The notes under the pieces: generated by a model
The model's database searches: none
What the model was told of the DNA's origin: nothing
What the model saw: the letters and a program-made list of their open reading frames with translations, nothing else
Part shown: positions 36,072 through 44,547 of the stretch, in pieces
Layout: each line of letters opens with the position of its first letter
Numbering within the stretch: the stretch's first letter is position 1
Made by a program: the position numbers and the translations under genes
Virus record (IMG/VR): IMGVR_UViG_3300037493_005727
Coordinates: 133,091-190,250 of that record
DNA from: a virus
Strand: one strand, 5' to 3'
Length of the DNA stretch: 57,160 bases

Positions 36072-36145
36072 GCTCCCCTAGCTCAGTTGGTAGAGCGTCG
36101 GCTGATTTAAGCCGCGGGTCCCTGGTTCGATTCCAGGGGGGAGCG
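36072..36145 (+). tRNA. tRNA-like gene (Lys/Ile-like body) with an apparent 8-nt anticodon loop TGATTTAA; identity unresolved
   Basis: Acceptor GCTCCCC/GGGGAGC, D arm GCTC-AGTTGGTA-GAGC and T arm CCTGG-TTCGATT-CCAGG. The anticodon stem CGGC/GCCG encloses 8 nt. Confidence 0.5.
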
Positions 36146-36829
36146 CTACTTCTTGAGAAGATGGGCTGCGATCAGCCCCGCCACAGACCCGAGGATTCCT
36201 GGGGCGGCTTTACGCAGGACCTCGCCTTTGTTGACGAAGCTCTGGTCAAGGGCCTTCGTCCCAAAGCCCCCAGGCGGCTTGAGCTTGAGCGCCGTTGTTT
36301 CAGTGGGCTTCAGAGCGGGACCTTTGGCGGCCAAGAACTGCTGCTTGTTGGCTTCGTCGAGTCCGTGGAGATCCCACAGCGCTTTCGAGGCAGGGCCGTG
36401 CGCGACACCAGGCCGCCGCATGTGCAGAAGGGCGTCGAACTGGTCCGGGTCTTGATTGACCAGGGTGTCGTAGCGGTCTGAGACGTGCCCCGGAGGAACA
36501 CCGCCAAGGCCCATCCGAAGATCTGCGTCGTAGTGCTGCATTCCGAGATGCCGAGACAGCTCCGACGCCATCTCGCTCTTCCCCGTCCTCGGCAGGCCGC
36601 CGATCCCAATGCGCGCCGTCGCGGGGTCTAAGTGTTTCAACAGGGGCGCGATTTTAGCCGCGTCCGAGATGATCTGTGGATGGATCTTCGCACCTCCGCC
36701 CTGTTGGAGCAGTTCGTTACGCAGGTCCCTGTCCAGTAGCATCTGAAGAGCGATTCCCCCGAGACCTCCAGCAACGGCTCCGAGTCCGTAGTGAAAGGCG
36801 GCAGCGGTCTTTCCTGCGAAATAGAACAT
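36146..36829 (-). CDS. P-loop NTPase/kinase-like protein (227 aa) with hydrophobic termini
   Basis: Walker A motif GIGGLPRTGKSE. It has a GAGGTG RBS. Its stop abuts the 3' end of the second tRNA-like gene, and it lies downstream of the leftward tRNA cluster. Confidence 0.55.
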   Translation of the reverse strand: MFYFAGKTAAAFHYGLGAVAGGLGGIALQMLLDRDLRNELLQQGGGAKIHPQIISDAAKIAPLLKHLDPATARIGIGGLPRTGKSEMASELSRHLGMQHYDADLRMGLGGVPPGHVSDRYDTLVNQDPDQFDALLHMRRPGVAHGPASKALWDLHGLDEANKQQFLAAKGPALKPTETTALKLKPPGGFGTKALDQSFVNKGEVLRKAAPGILGSVAGLIAAHLLKK

Positions 36830-36907
36830 GACACCTCAAGTTTAGGCCAGAGGCTAAAAATGAGCTGGGCATACTCGCCGTTGCTCTTCTCTTCTTCTTA
36901 TACCGCA

Positions 36908-36978
36908 CTGGGGCACGTGGACTCGAACCACGATTCTCAGAGTCAAAGTCTGATGTCCTGCCATTGGACGATGCCCCA
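36908..36978 (-). tRNA. tRNA-Gln (anticodon UUG)
   Basis: Cloverleaf: acceptor TGGGGCA/TGCCCCA with U1-A72, anticodon arm TCAGA-CTTTGAC-TCTGA and T loop TTCGAGT. Confidence 0.7.
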
Positions 36979-37060
36979 TCGGAACGGGGGGACTCGAACC
37001 CCCACGCCTTGCGGCACTAGATCCTAAGTCTAGCGCGGCTACCAGTTACGCCACGTTCCG
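36979..37060 (-). tRNA. tRNA-Leu (anticodon UAG), class II with a long variable arm
   Basis: Acceptor CGGAACG/CGTTCCG, anticodon arm CTAGA-CTTAGGA-TCTAG and variable arm TGCCGCAAGGCGT. It resembles E. coli tRNA-Leu architecture. Confidence 0.7.
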
Positions 37061-37064
37061 CTTG

Positions 37065-37137
<73 letters not shown>

Positions 37138-37186
37138 AAAAAAACGAACACCGGACCCTGGGAGGGGGGAGAGGATCCGGTGTTCG
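37138..37186 (-). terminator. rho-independent terminator (11-bp stem CGAACACCGGA/TCCGGTGTTCG plus T7 run on the bottom strand)
   Basis: Inverted repeat with a 20-nt loop followed by a run of A on the top strand. It lies between gene 37242..37505 and the tRNA cluster. Confidence 0.6.
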
Positions 37187-37241
37187 TAGGCGCATGCAGC
37201 GGGGGAGGGGGGAAAACCGCTGCGGCGCCCTTCTTTTGAGA

Positions 37242-37505
37242 CTAGTACTGGCTCTCATCTCCTGGACGAAGAATCGTGATGATCTCCTTCGTGTTCTTGT
37301 CGTACGCCACGCGGACCAGAATGTCATGAATCATCAGCTCGAACAAGGTAACACGGAGCGACTGTTTGCGAATGGGTTTCGCACGCCCCTGTTGGATGTC
37401 CAGCACGGCCTGCCGAAGCGTTTCGTCTCCTACTGGAATTCCAAACCGCTCGACCATGCGGCGCTTAGCGTGCTTTCGCTCGGCCGCTGCTTTTCCTCTG
37501 GGCAT
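37242..37505 (-). CDS. hypothetical basic protein (87 aa)
   Basis: ORF. Confidence 0.5.
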   Translation of the reverse strand: MPRGKAAAERKHAKRRMVERFGIPVGDETLRQAVLDIQQGRAKPIRKQSLRVTLFELMIHDILVRVAYDKNTKEIITILRPGDESQY

Positions 37506-37508
37506 GGG

Positions 37509-37661
37509 TCACCGATGTTTCCCGCTCGTCCGTAGCATCTGGATGAGCATCCCCGCCGCGGAGATGACGGGTGGGGACGTCAGTGCCTGAACTACGGCGT
37601 CGATTGTCTCGTTGCAGACAACCTTCTTCGGCGCCTTCTTCCTCTTCTTTTTCGCTGCCAT
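37509..37661 (-). CDS. small Lys-rich protein (50 aa)
   Basis: The ATG at 37661 has an AAGGAG RBS. Track ORF 37509..37694 was trimmed. Confidence 0.4.
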   Translation of the reverse strand: MAAKKKRKKAPKKVVCNETIDAVVQALTSPPVISAAGMLIQMLRTSGKHR

Positions 37662-37685
37662 GTGTAGCTCCTTTGTGAGCGTTTG

Positions 37686-37724
37686 GGTGCTCACCTCTTA
37701 TACCCATAAAGTGATCAAAAAAAG
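37686..37724 (-). promoter_or_regulatory. degenerate copy 9 of the promoter-like motif (CTTTTTTTGATCAC...GGGTATAAGAGG)
   Basis: It shares the GGGTATNAG core and the upstream GATC/T-run with copies 4 to 6. Confidence 0.3.
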
Positions 37725-37757
37725 AAAGCCACCGCCTGTACAAGCGCGGTGGCTTTT
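37725..37757. terminator. bidirectional terminator: 11-bp stem AAAGCCACCGC with loop CTGTACAAGC, flanked by A- and T-runs
   Basis: Direct reading of the sequence. The loop is nearly identical to that of the terminator at 38977-39010. Confidence 0.55.
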
Positions 37758-37775
37758 TCTTTCTTCGACCCTTCT

Positions 37776-38057
37776 TTACTGCGTAAAGGCCGAAGCGCCC
37801 TTCTGCGCGTCGTACTGCATCAGCTTGGTTTCGAGCTCTCGCACGACGGTCGCCCAGTCTTCCGAGGTGTCACCCTCGGCGAGATAGGTCTTGGCGATGT
37901 GCAGGTGGCCCTCGAGCTCATCCCGAAGGTACGTCGGGCTCTTCTGAAGCTCGGCACACTCAGGGGTCTTGCAGCCTTCGTTGTACGGCCGCCCTTGAAA
38001 GCAGCGCGGGCAGATCTTGTAGACCATCACGGGGGGCACCTCGATCGACAGGGTCAT
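37776..38057 (-). CDS. small zinc-finger protein (93 aa)
   Basis: Track ORF 37776..38099 trimmed to the ATG at 38057. Motif: CPRCFQG...GCKTPEC. Confidence 0.45.
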   Translation of the reverse strand: MTLSIEVPPVMVYKICPRCFQGRPYNEGCKTPECAELQKSPTYLRDELEGHLHIAKTYLAEGDTSEDWATVVRELETKLMQYDAQKGASAFTQ

Positions 38058-38087
38058 GGTGAGTCCTTTCTTGGGCGGGAAGTACAA

Positions 38088-38128
38088 TCTTTGGCTCAAG
38101 GACTCATACCCGAATTCTAGCCCTTTTA
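38088..38128 (-). promoter_or_regulatory. copy 1 of the promoter-like motif (...GGGTATGAGTCCTTGAGCCAAAGAT)
   Basis: About 30 nt upstream of the ATG at 38057. It is preceded (in gene sense) by a GC hairpin plus T-run. Confidence 0.4.
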
Positions 38129-38190
38129 ATGAAAAGACCCCCGCCTACCCGGAGGTAGACGAGGGTCGTTTCTACCTCGGTTCTACGAGG

Positions 38191-38922
38191 TCAGCTCGCC
38201 TGGACGTTGAGCAGGGCCACGAAAGACAGAGCGCCGTTGGGAACAGAGGTGGCGGTCCATGCGTCAGCCACCGGGTCCACCGTCACCGCCTCGGCCAGAC
38301 CACCCACGAACATCAGGCCGGTGCTGTTGGCCACGTTGTACGCCACGCCGATCTTGTCACCGGTTCCAATCGAGCACCCGGCCGCAGCGACGCCGATGGC
38401 CGCCTTGGTGATGGAGGTGACCGTCTTGAAGATCTTGGTGCCGTAGACGGTCGAGTTCGCCACCGCCGCGATGACCTCGGTCTGGGCCTTGTCGAACTGG
38501 TCCGTGCCCACCACGGTGATGGAGCCGCCGTCGTAGGTCGCCGCAGCGACCGCGCTCAGGTTGCGAGGCGTGACGGGGTTGGTGATGGGGCCGGGGAACA
38601 GATTCGCAGCGGTCGCCAGCACGGAAGCGTGCACGGCGGTCGCTGACTTGGCTGCCGGAACCACCGCGGGAACCAGGAGAGCCTGGGGAACACCGCTCAT
38701 CAGCTCGAGCTCGTCGGTCACCGCCGGGTCCTGCGAGAGAACCCACGAGATGTACCCCTTGGCCTTCAACGACTCCAGCTGCGGAGTGCTGCTGGACAGC
38801 TGCCCGCCGGTCAGCGAGACCGTGGTGCCTGTGGTGGGGATGTTGAACGACTTGCCGTAGCCGTCGGCGTTGCCAACGGCGATGTCAGAACCTGCGGTGT
38901 TGGTGAAGACGAGACGAGGCAT
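38191..38922 (-). CDS. beta-rich Ala/Thr/Val/Gly protein (243 aa), structural-like composition inside the accessory block
   Basis: The ATG at 38922 has an AGGAG RBS. Track ORF 38191..38985 was trimmed. Confidence 0.55.
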   Translation of the reverse strand: MPRLVFTNTAGSDIAVGNADGYGKSFNIPTTGTTVSLTGGQLSSSTPQLESLKAKGYISWVLSQDPAVTDELELMSGVPQALLVPAVVPAAKSATAVHASVLATAANLFPGPITNPVTPRNLSAVAAATYDGGSITVVGTDQFDKAQTEVIAAVANSTVYGTKIFKTVTSITKAAIGVAAAGCSIGTGDKIGVAYNVANSTGLMFVGGLAEAVTVDPVADAWTATSVPNGALSFVALLNVQAS

Positions 38923-38976
38923 GGGCTGCTCCTGAAAAGGTTTGTGGTCGACCCCCTCAGTATAGGCCACTCGGCT

Positions 38977-39010
38977 AAAAAACAACCCCCGCCTGTACGA
39001 GCGCGGGGGG
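38977..39010 (-). terminator. rho-independent terminator: stem AACCCCCGC with loop CTGTACGAGC and a T-run on the bottom strand
   Basis: Hairpin and complementary A-run immediately downstream of gene 39027..39248. Confidence 0.55.
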
Positions 39011-39026
39011 TTCTTTGAGATCTCCC

Positions 39027-39248
39027 TTACTCGTACTCCGTCACCTTGACCCGTGGAGGCGGCGGAACTTCGATCCGCTTGACCGCCTTCATGATGACGA
39101 AAGCTTCCTCGTACTTGAGAGCCATCTCTTTTGCCACCCGCTCAGCGTGCTCCAAGGTCTGAAACTGGACCTTGGATGGTTTCTCTGAGTCCGGGTTCCA
39201 AATGATCCAGAATGACTTGGTTCCAGGCCACGTCTTTTTAGCTGTCAT
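39027..39248 (-). CDS. hypothetical protein (73 aa)
   Basis: Track ORF 39027..39284 trimmed to an internal ATG. Confidence 0.4.
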   Translation of the reverse strand: MTAKKTWPGTKSFWIIWNPDSEKPSKVQFQTLEHAERVAKEMALKYEEAFVIMKAVKRIEVPPPPRVKVTEYE

Positions 39249-39420
39249 ACTCATCCTTTGGAAATGGTTCGATCTCATCGACATCGACCCAGGTGTCTAG
39301 CTTGTGCTCTTCGTTCACTACTCGTGCGGTCTTCCCCATGGCGCAGGCGACGACCAAGGGAATCTTCTTCTTCTTCACCTTTACGAAGTAAACCACCTGG
39401 CCGTCAAAGACCCAGGTCAT
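39238..39420 (-). CDS. hypothetical protein (60 aa)
   Basis: ORF. Confidence 0.35.
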   Translation of the reverse strand: MTWVFDGQVVYFVKVKKKKIPLVVACAMGKTARVVNEEHKLDTWVDVDEIEPFPKDEYDS

Positions 39421-39910
39421 TTTTGATCGCCTCCCTCAGTCGCGGCAGACTGTGCTTGATGAAGGCCCGCGCCTGTTCGGAGTACTTGTAGCAAGTGAGT
39501 TCATGAGTGTCGGGCAGCTCGGTCTGATTCGCCCAACCCCAGAACTGGTACTCGTCACAGAGCCCCTCATGGAGATCGGGGAGCTCCCACTCGTCTCGAG
39601 CCTCTTCCGCGGTGAGTTGCTTCTCCCGCCGCATGCCGAGAATCGTCTCTCTCACGGCTTGCAGCGTTGCTTCGTCGTCGTACTCCTGCTTCGGGGCGAT
39701 CTTCCGAAGGATGTAGTCGTCCTCGCACTGAATGATGAAGTGGCGGAACGTCGTTTCTTCGGGCAGCCCCCGCTGGTTCCAGCGGTAGCTCCAATCCCCG
39801 TAGTCACTGAGCGCGGCGAAGCAGCCCGTCTCGTCGAGGAAGATGATGGCCCACCCCTCCCCCTTGACGCTGGGGAAGGAGTACCGCCACGTCTTGACAT
39901 CAGAGGGCAT
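39404..39910 (-). CDS. hypothetical protein (168 aa)
   Basis: The ATG at 39910 has a GAGGTG RBS. Track ORF 39404..39982 was trimmed. Confidence 0.5.
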   Translation of the reverse strand: MPSDVKTWRYSFPSVKGEGWAIIFLDETGCFAALSDYGDWSYRWNQRGLPEETTFRHFIIQCEDDYILRKIAPKQEYDDEATLQAVRETILGMRREKQLTAEEARDEWELPDLHEGLCDEYQFWGWANQTELPDTHELTCYKYSEQARAFIKHSLPRLREAIKNDLGL

Positions 39911-40190
39911 CGTGCACCTCCTCGAGGTGCCCCTGCAGATCCCACAGCTGCTCCTTGGCGCGCTCGATGGCTTGCGCGGCATAGTAGAGTTGCTGCTTCT
40001 TGTACAAGTCAGGATCGAACGTCTCGATGAGCTCGATGACGATGAACTTCGCCAGCGTGTCCCCGGACCCGTTCTTCTTCAGCTTCCCCGCCTTCGTGTA
40101 GTAGTTGCTGAGGTAGCCGTCGTCGTACGCCTCATTCGCCAGATCCAGCAACTCCTTCTGGGTGAAGCTTTTTCCCCTCTTCGTCTTCAT
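39900..40190 (-). CDS. hypothetical acidic protein (96 aa)
   Basis: The ATG at 40190 has a GGGAGGA RBS. The track ORF N-terminus is out-of-frame shadow of the upstream gene. Confidence 0.45.
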   Translation of the reverse strand: MKTKRGKSFTQKELLDLANEAYDDGYLSNYYTKAGKLKKNGSGDTLAKFIVIELIETFDPDLYKKQQLYYAAQAIERAKEQLWDLQGHLEEVHDAL

Positions 40191-40566
40191 ACCAATCCTC
40201 CCCGCAGAGTGAACAGATGATGTGATACTTGTCTTTCTCCGGAGCGAGCCTGCGCTCCAAGAGGCCCATTCCTTCGTCGTTGACGTGTTCGCAGCAGGAA
40301 GCCGCCACGTCGTGGATCTTTCCGATCTCCTGCTCGTTGTCGTCTGCTTTCTTGTGAAGGCGCCCCACCAGCTGACGATCCAGCGTTTCCAATCGACCCA
40401 AGAGGGCCTCTCGCTCCAAAGACGTAATCTCCGCTGGGAACTTCGGCTCGAAGCGGGAAGCCTGGAACAGGCACTTCCGCTCTTTGCCGGCGTGCTCTCG
40501 GCGCCACTGCCCACAATTTCTGCACGGGAAGTAGCGTTCCGGGGTCAGCTTCGGAGGCTTCGCCAT
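40132..40566 (-). CDS. C2HC zinc-motif family protein with a second Cys cluster (144 aa)
   Basis: N-terminal CRNCGQWRREHAGKERKCLFQ and C-terminal HIICSLCGEDW. Confidence 0.5.
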   Translation of the reverse strand: MAKPPKLTPERYFPCRNCGQWRREHAGKERKCLFQASRFEPKFPAEITSLEREALLGRLETLDRQLVGRLHKKADDNEQEIGKIHDVAASCCEHVNDEGMGLLERRLAPEKDKYHIICSLCGEDWYEDEEGKKLHPEGVAGSGE

Positions 40567-40730
40567 CGCCACCCCCAGCCGCAAGAGAAGTGGAGGCGAA
40601 GGCGGCCCCAGCCGAAGTTGATGGAAAAGTACTCAAGCTCTGGCGAGTAGTAGAAGTTGAAGCCTTGGCGGGGGAAACCTTGATCCTTCGCCTCCCGCGA
40701 CCACCACTGGGAGCCGTAGTAGATGTTCAC
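40545..40730 (-). CDS. small Trp/Tyr/Phe-rich protein (61 aa), GTG start coupled to the upstream stop (GTGA)
   Basis: The in-frame tail of track ORF 40545..41060 looks natural from VNIYYGSQWW... The GTG overlaps the TGA of 40727..41161. Confidence 0.35.
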   Translation of the reverse strand: MNIYYGSQWWSREAKDQGFPRQGFNFYYSPELEYFSINFGWGRLRLHFSCGWGWRWRSLRS

Positions 40731-41161
40731 CGCTCGAGAGCTCCCATCCCCCCGCTCATCTGGATGAGCGCCAGGTCCGTCGACACGCCGAAGTGCTGCC
40801 CCACGAACTGCGCGTGGAGCAGGACCTCTGGGACCATGATGTGAAGCCCGGGACAGGAGTACTGCTCCGCGTGCTTGCAATGGCCTTCTCTGCTGACCTG
40901 GATGCACTCCAAGGCGGTCTTGGGGTCCCAGTTCATACTGATGAGGCTCTGCATGTTCTTCTGAGTGATGCGGAAACGCTTCGCGTCTTTCTTCTTCTTG
41001 TCGATTCGGCGTTTCGGGGTCAGCAGGTACAGCGGACGCCAGCGCGTGGCGAAGGCCCACAGCTGCTCCGGGGTGGTGACTTCTGAGAGCTCCTTGACGT
41101 ACGTCTCCCGCACGTGGTCTTCCGTGTACGTCGGTTGAACCGGCAGATCTTTGAGGCTCAT
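40727..41161 (-). CDS. hypothetical protein (144 aa)
   Basis: The ORF has natural composition. Confidence 0.55.
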   Translation of the reverse strand: MSLKDLPVQPTYTEDHVRETYVKELSEVTTPEQLWAFATRWRPLYLLTPKRRIDKKKKDAKRFRITQKNMQSLISMNWDPKTALECIQVSREGHCKHAEQYSCPGLHIMVPEVLLHAQFVGQHFGVSTDLALIQMSGGMGALER

Positions 41162-41225
41162 TGTTTCTCCTTGAAAAAAGAAAGCGGGACCCTGAGATTC
41201 CAGGGCCCCGCGGTACCTCTGACGG

Positions 41226-41762
41226 TTACGGCTTACCGTCTGAGTCCCCCGAAGGCAGCATGAGCATCGCCTCGAACGCGGGCGAGATCAGCAGCTTGTT
41301 CAGGGGCTTCACCTGCTTGTCGTGCCAGGCCCGATGCGCCGCGAGTTCCGGCGTGTTCGGGACCTTCTTCATGTCGATCAGGTTGTCAGCCTGAATGACG
41401 GCGCTCCGGGCGCTATCGAGCTTCTTGACGAACTTCGGCAGGGAGCTCACCAGAACGTCCGCGTCATCCACGGAAGCCCGGATACCGGCGCCCGCTTCGA
41501 CGATGAGGTCCCGGTTGTACTTGGCGCGGAGGACCTTGCGGATCGTTCCGTACTTCGAACGCAGCTTGTCCACTTCGTCCGACTTCAGACGAGGCGTGTG
41601 CCCGTACCCCATGATCGCCTTGACGGCGATGTTCGGGGCCACGAACACCTCAGGACGCTTCTGGCAGAGCCAGTGGAGGAAGTCCGCGCAGCGCGTGCTC
41701 AGCGGAGCGGCGTCATCCTTGACGAACGTCGACAGATCGACCACTTTGGAATTACGGGGCAT
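41226..41762 (-). CDS. hypothetical protein (178 aa)
   Basis: The ATG at 41762 has an AAGGAAAAGCC RBS. Confidence 0.5.
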   Translation of the reverse strand: MPRNSKVVDLSTFVKDDAAPLSTRCADFLHWLCQKRPEVFVAPNIAVKAIMGYGHTPRLKSDEVDKLRSKYGTIRKVLRAKYNRDLIVEAGAGIRASVDDADVLVSSLPKFVKKLDSARSAVIQADNLIDMKKVPNTPELAAHRAWHDKQVKPLNKLLISPAFEAMLMLPSGDSDGKP

Positions 41763-41794
41763 GGCTTTTCCTTTTTTTTTGAGGCGCATCTGGG

Positions 41795-42694
41795 TTAGGG
41801 TTTCTGGGACTGCGAGAGGGACGTCTGATCAGGGGACAAGAGCGCCTGCACGCAGGCGTTCGCTTCTACGACCTTGAGATACTCCTCTGCCAACGCAGGA
41901 TTGTTCTGCGTTCGATCTGGGTGGTAAAGCCTGGCGAGACGACGAAACTGCGTCTTGATGTTCGCGCGAACCTTCGGCGTGAACTCCCCGTTCTTCGGAG
42001 GGTCCACGTTGAGGACACGAAGAGCCGCATAGAGCCTCTTCGTTCTCGAAGCGTCCGAAAGCTTCTCCGGATCTGCCACTCGAGCGCGTGCGATGATGCT
42101 GCGCCACGTTTCAGTCAACGCCCGAAGATCCGCGCGACCAACGGCGCGGATGTTATAGGCGGCGAATTCTGGGACGCCGACCAGCATCTGGTCGAACAAG
42201 CGTTCCACGGCTGCGAAGAACTCAGTGGACTGCCCTCTGGCAGACAAAGGTTCTTCTGGCTCCTTTTCCGGTGTCCTTGCCCTCGTTTTGCTCGTAGGAG
42301 CATTTTCGGAGGGGCGCTTCTTGTCCAGCGTTCCCGCCAGATACGCCTGGATAGTCGCTTCTACTTTCTCGGGCGTTGGTTGCTGTTTGTCGTCCCGCGA
42401 CCGAGCGATGATGATTCCGCTCGACCGGAGCGTAACCTTCTTAGCTTCGAGCGCCGCCCAGATAGGCTCCGCCGCAGCGCCCACCCGGTGCAGGATCGCC
42501 CGATCCATGATGTGTCGGGGTCCTGCGTTCTCAGAGCCGGGGGGCAACTGAGCGGTGATCCAGTAGCCGCAGTAGTTTTTGCGGGCTCCTGGAGTGTCTG
42601 GAGTGAACGCGCGCATCTCGTGTTCAACCTGAGCGCGCTCCTTTTCACTGGTACTGGCAACCCACGCCAGAACCAGCTCTGCGATCGATCTCAT
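41795..42694 (-). CDS. J-domain (DnaJ-like) protein (299 aa)
   Basis: Its C-terminus IKTQFRRLARLYHPDRTQNNPALAEEYLKVVEANA matches the J-domain helix II/III with the HPD motif. Confidence 0.55.
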   Translation of the reverse strand: MRSIAELVLAWVASTSEKERAQVEHEMRAFTPDTPGARKNYCGYWITAQLPPGSENAGPRHIMDRAILHRVGAAAEPIWAALEAKKVTLRSSGIIIARSRDDKQQPTPEKVEATIQAYLAGTLDKKRPSENAPTSKTRARTPEKEPEEPLSARGQSTEFFAAVERLFDQMLVGVPEFAAYNIRAVGRADLRALTETWRSIIARARVADPEKLSDASRTKRLYAALRVLNVDPPKNGEFTPKVRANIKTQFRRLARLYHPDRTQNNPALAEEYLKVVEANACVQALLSPDQTSLSQSQKP

Positions 42695-43599
42695 AGCAGT
42701 TTCCTTAGAATGGTGAGAACTTCGTTGAGCTGCTGTTCGAGAGCTTCGAACCGAGCGTCAATGTGTTCGGCGTTGACCACCGTCAGTACGACCGGAATCT
42801 CTTTGGGGAGAACCGGTACCTTGATGACTTCTTGCTGCGACGGCGGAGCTTGAGGCGCTGGAACGGGTCGTTTGATCAACCCGTCCAGACGGTCCCGGAT
42901 GTACACCATGTTCTCCGCGGTGGCATGCATCAACTTCATCTTCGCCATCTCGATGTCGACCAGAGTCTCCTCCGGGGTAGGCGGCGGAGGGTCGACGGCC
43001 TTTTCTGGCTCAGGCGGTGGGACAGGCTCCGGCTCCGGCGTTGGGGCCGGCTCCGGCGGCGGAGGCTGGTAGAGCTTGATCTCTACCGCTTTAACCTCCG
43101 GCCTCGGTGCTGGGCGAGGCGGAGCGAACATGTTCAGAGCAGCCCGCGCCGAAGAAAGGTCCCCTGGAAAGGACTTGGACTTGATGACGGGCCTCTCCGA
43201 GACCGCTTGTACGAGGGACTCCAGTTTCATGAGGGATTCCATCGCTCTCGGGGTAGCGGGTTGAGCCGCTTTCTGCTTCCGAAGCTCCTCGATGTGTGCC
43301 TGCTGATCGCGCCACTCCTCTGCTTCGGCGGGCCAGAGTACATTGGCCACCGTCATGGGGGTCATGAGCATGTCCAGCGCTTTTTCGTGGTCTCGAACAA
43401 TCAGCTTCTTGCTCGGCGCATCCACGCCAAAGATGCCCGAGTCCAAGAGGATCTTGCGGTAGGGAGACATCGACCCGACGGGCATCGTATCCCCGAAGAT
43501 CTCGGGGGCGCTCAGCTTGTCCCCTCGAATCACTCGAGGAATGGTTTGTTTCAACTGGTTCCACATCACTTCTGCGATACGATCAAAATTGGGTCGCAT
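42691..43599 (-). CDS. hypothetical protein with a Pro-rich central linker (302 aa)
   Basis: The ATG at 43599 has an AAGGAATG RBS. Track ORF 42691..43716 was trimmed. Motif copy 2 lies about 40 nt upstream. Confidence 0.5.
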   Translation of the reverse strand: MRPNFDRIAEVMWNQLKQTIPRVIRGDKLSAPEIFGDTMPVGSMSPYRKILLDSGIFGVDAPSKKLIVRDHEKALDMLMTPMTVANVLWPAEAEEWRDQQAHIEELRKQKAAQPATPRAMESLMKLESLVQAVSERPVIKSKSFPGDLSSARAALNMFAPPRPAPRPEVKAVEIKLYQPPPPEPAPTPEPEPVPPPEPEKAVDPPPPTPEETLVDIEMAKMKLMHATAENMVYIRDRLDGLIKRPVPAPQAPPSQQEVIKVPVLPKEIPVVLTVVNAEHIDARFEALEQQLNEVLTILRKLL

Positions 43600-43636
43600 G
43601 ACATTCCTTTCGCCCCTGCGGGCTTTGAGACGGGTT

Positions 43637-43670
43637 AAAGGCTGCATCTCTGATACCAAAAAAAGGGCTG
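43637..43670 (-). promoter_or_regulatory. copy 2 of the promoter-like motif (TTTTTTTGGTATCAGAGATGCAGCC)
   Basis: It has the GGTATCAG core after a T-run. It is preceded in gene sense by the hairpin GGCCCCCC-GATGATCT-GGGGGGCC (43687-43710). Confidence 0.35.
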
Positions 43671-43725
43671 TCACTACTGGTAGCAAGGCCCCCCGATGAT
43701 CTGGGGGGCCTGCCAACCGAGAGGC

Positions 43726-43986
43726 TCAGCTGAGAATGCGATCGTACGTCGCAATGCCTCCCTTGATCCGCGGCCCGCGAGCGTACACGCACAACTCCAT
43801 CGTGAACCGGAGGCCATACCGCAGAGCCTCTGCGACGGCCATGCGGCAAGCCGCCTCCCCGGTATCGGCGTGCTTCGCGAATGTCCAGGACGTGGACCCT
43901 TCGACGGGCTCGCTCAGATGCCCTGAGACGAAGAACAGCTGCTTCTGGATTTCCAGGGTTTTCGTGACCGTTTTCTTGGTTGCCAT
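43726..43986 (-). CDS. hypothetical protein (86 aa)
   Basis: Track ORF 43726..44115 trimmed to the internal ATG. Confidence 0.4.
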   Translation of the reverse strand: MATKKTVTKTLEIQKQLFFVSGHLSEPVEGSTSWTFAKHADTGEAACRMAVAEALRYGLRFTMELCVYARGPRIKGGIATYDRILS

Positions 43987-44006
43987 TTTTGTTCCCCTCC
44001 TGCGGT

Positions 44007-44489
44007 TTACAGCTTCACCTTCGTGACCAACTCCACTTCCGGGCTGTCCCCGAGCTGCCAGGAAACGCCACGGATACCCTGAGCCTCCAGGCGCGGCTGG
44101 ATCTCCCGAGCCCACCAGGCAGCGAGAAGAGGATTCGAGGACCGAGGAGCGTCCTCCTCCGAATGAACAGGACCCGGCCTCCCAGACATCTTCTTGGAAG
44201 GCTTCTTCGAGCTGGAGTCGAGCCGCTCCTTCGACCAGCGCTCCATCTTCTTGCCGAGCGGGAGCTGAATCTTCTCAGCCTCCGCGAAGGTCTTCACCTC
44301 GACCCCCTGGGAAACCGCGAAGGCCATTTTCTTGATGGTCCCGGGCTTGATGCCGATCGGCCCTGGGATCTCCTTCAGGAGGTTCGTTTGGAGCTCCTCG
44401 AACGGGAGGTGCGCTCCCCCGTTGAGAAGGGACTTCTCGAGGTACTGAATTCGCTTGTTCTGTAACGCTTGCTGCCAGGTGATAGACAT
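44007..44489 (-). CDS. hypothetical protein (160 aa)
   Basis: The ATG at 44489 has an AGGAAGGAAG RBS. The upstream part of the track ORF is Cys/Arg-rich shadow. Confidence 0.5.
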   Translation of the reverse strand: MSITWQQALQNKRIQYLEKSLLNGGAHLPFEELQTNLLKEIPGPIGIKPGTIKKMAFAVSQGVEVKTFAEAEKIQLPLGKKMERWSKERLDSSSKKPSKKMSGRPGPVHSEEDAPRSSNPLLAAWWAREIQPRLEAQGIRGVSWQLGDSPEVELVTKVKL

Positions 44490-44547
44490 GACTCTTCCTT
44501 CCTGCCCGAAGGCAGTTTGTTGGTGGTGATCTACTTCGTTGGTTGCT

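Noticed and set aside
36791-37027. 78-aa top-strand ORF
   Set aside because: It lies entirely over the bottom-strand tRNA-Gln and tRNA-Leu genes.
40545-41060. 171-aa leftward ORF as a single gene
   Set aside because: The N-terminal two-thirds are Arg/Gly/Pro-rich shadow of 40727..41161. Only the in-frame C-terminal 61 aa from a GTG coupled to the upstream stop look genuine.
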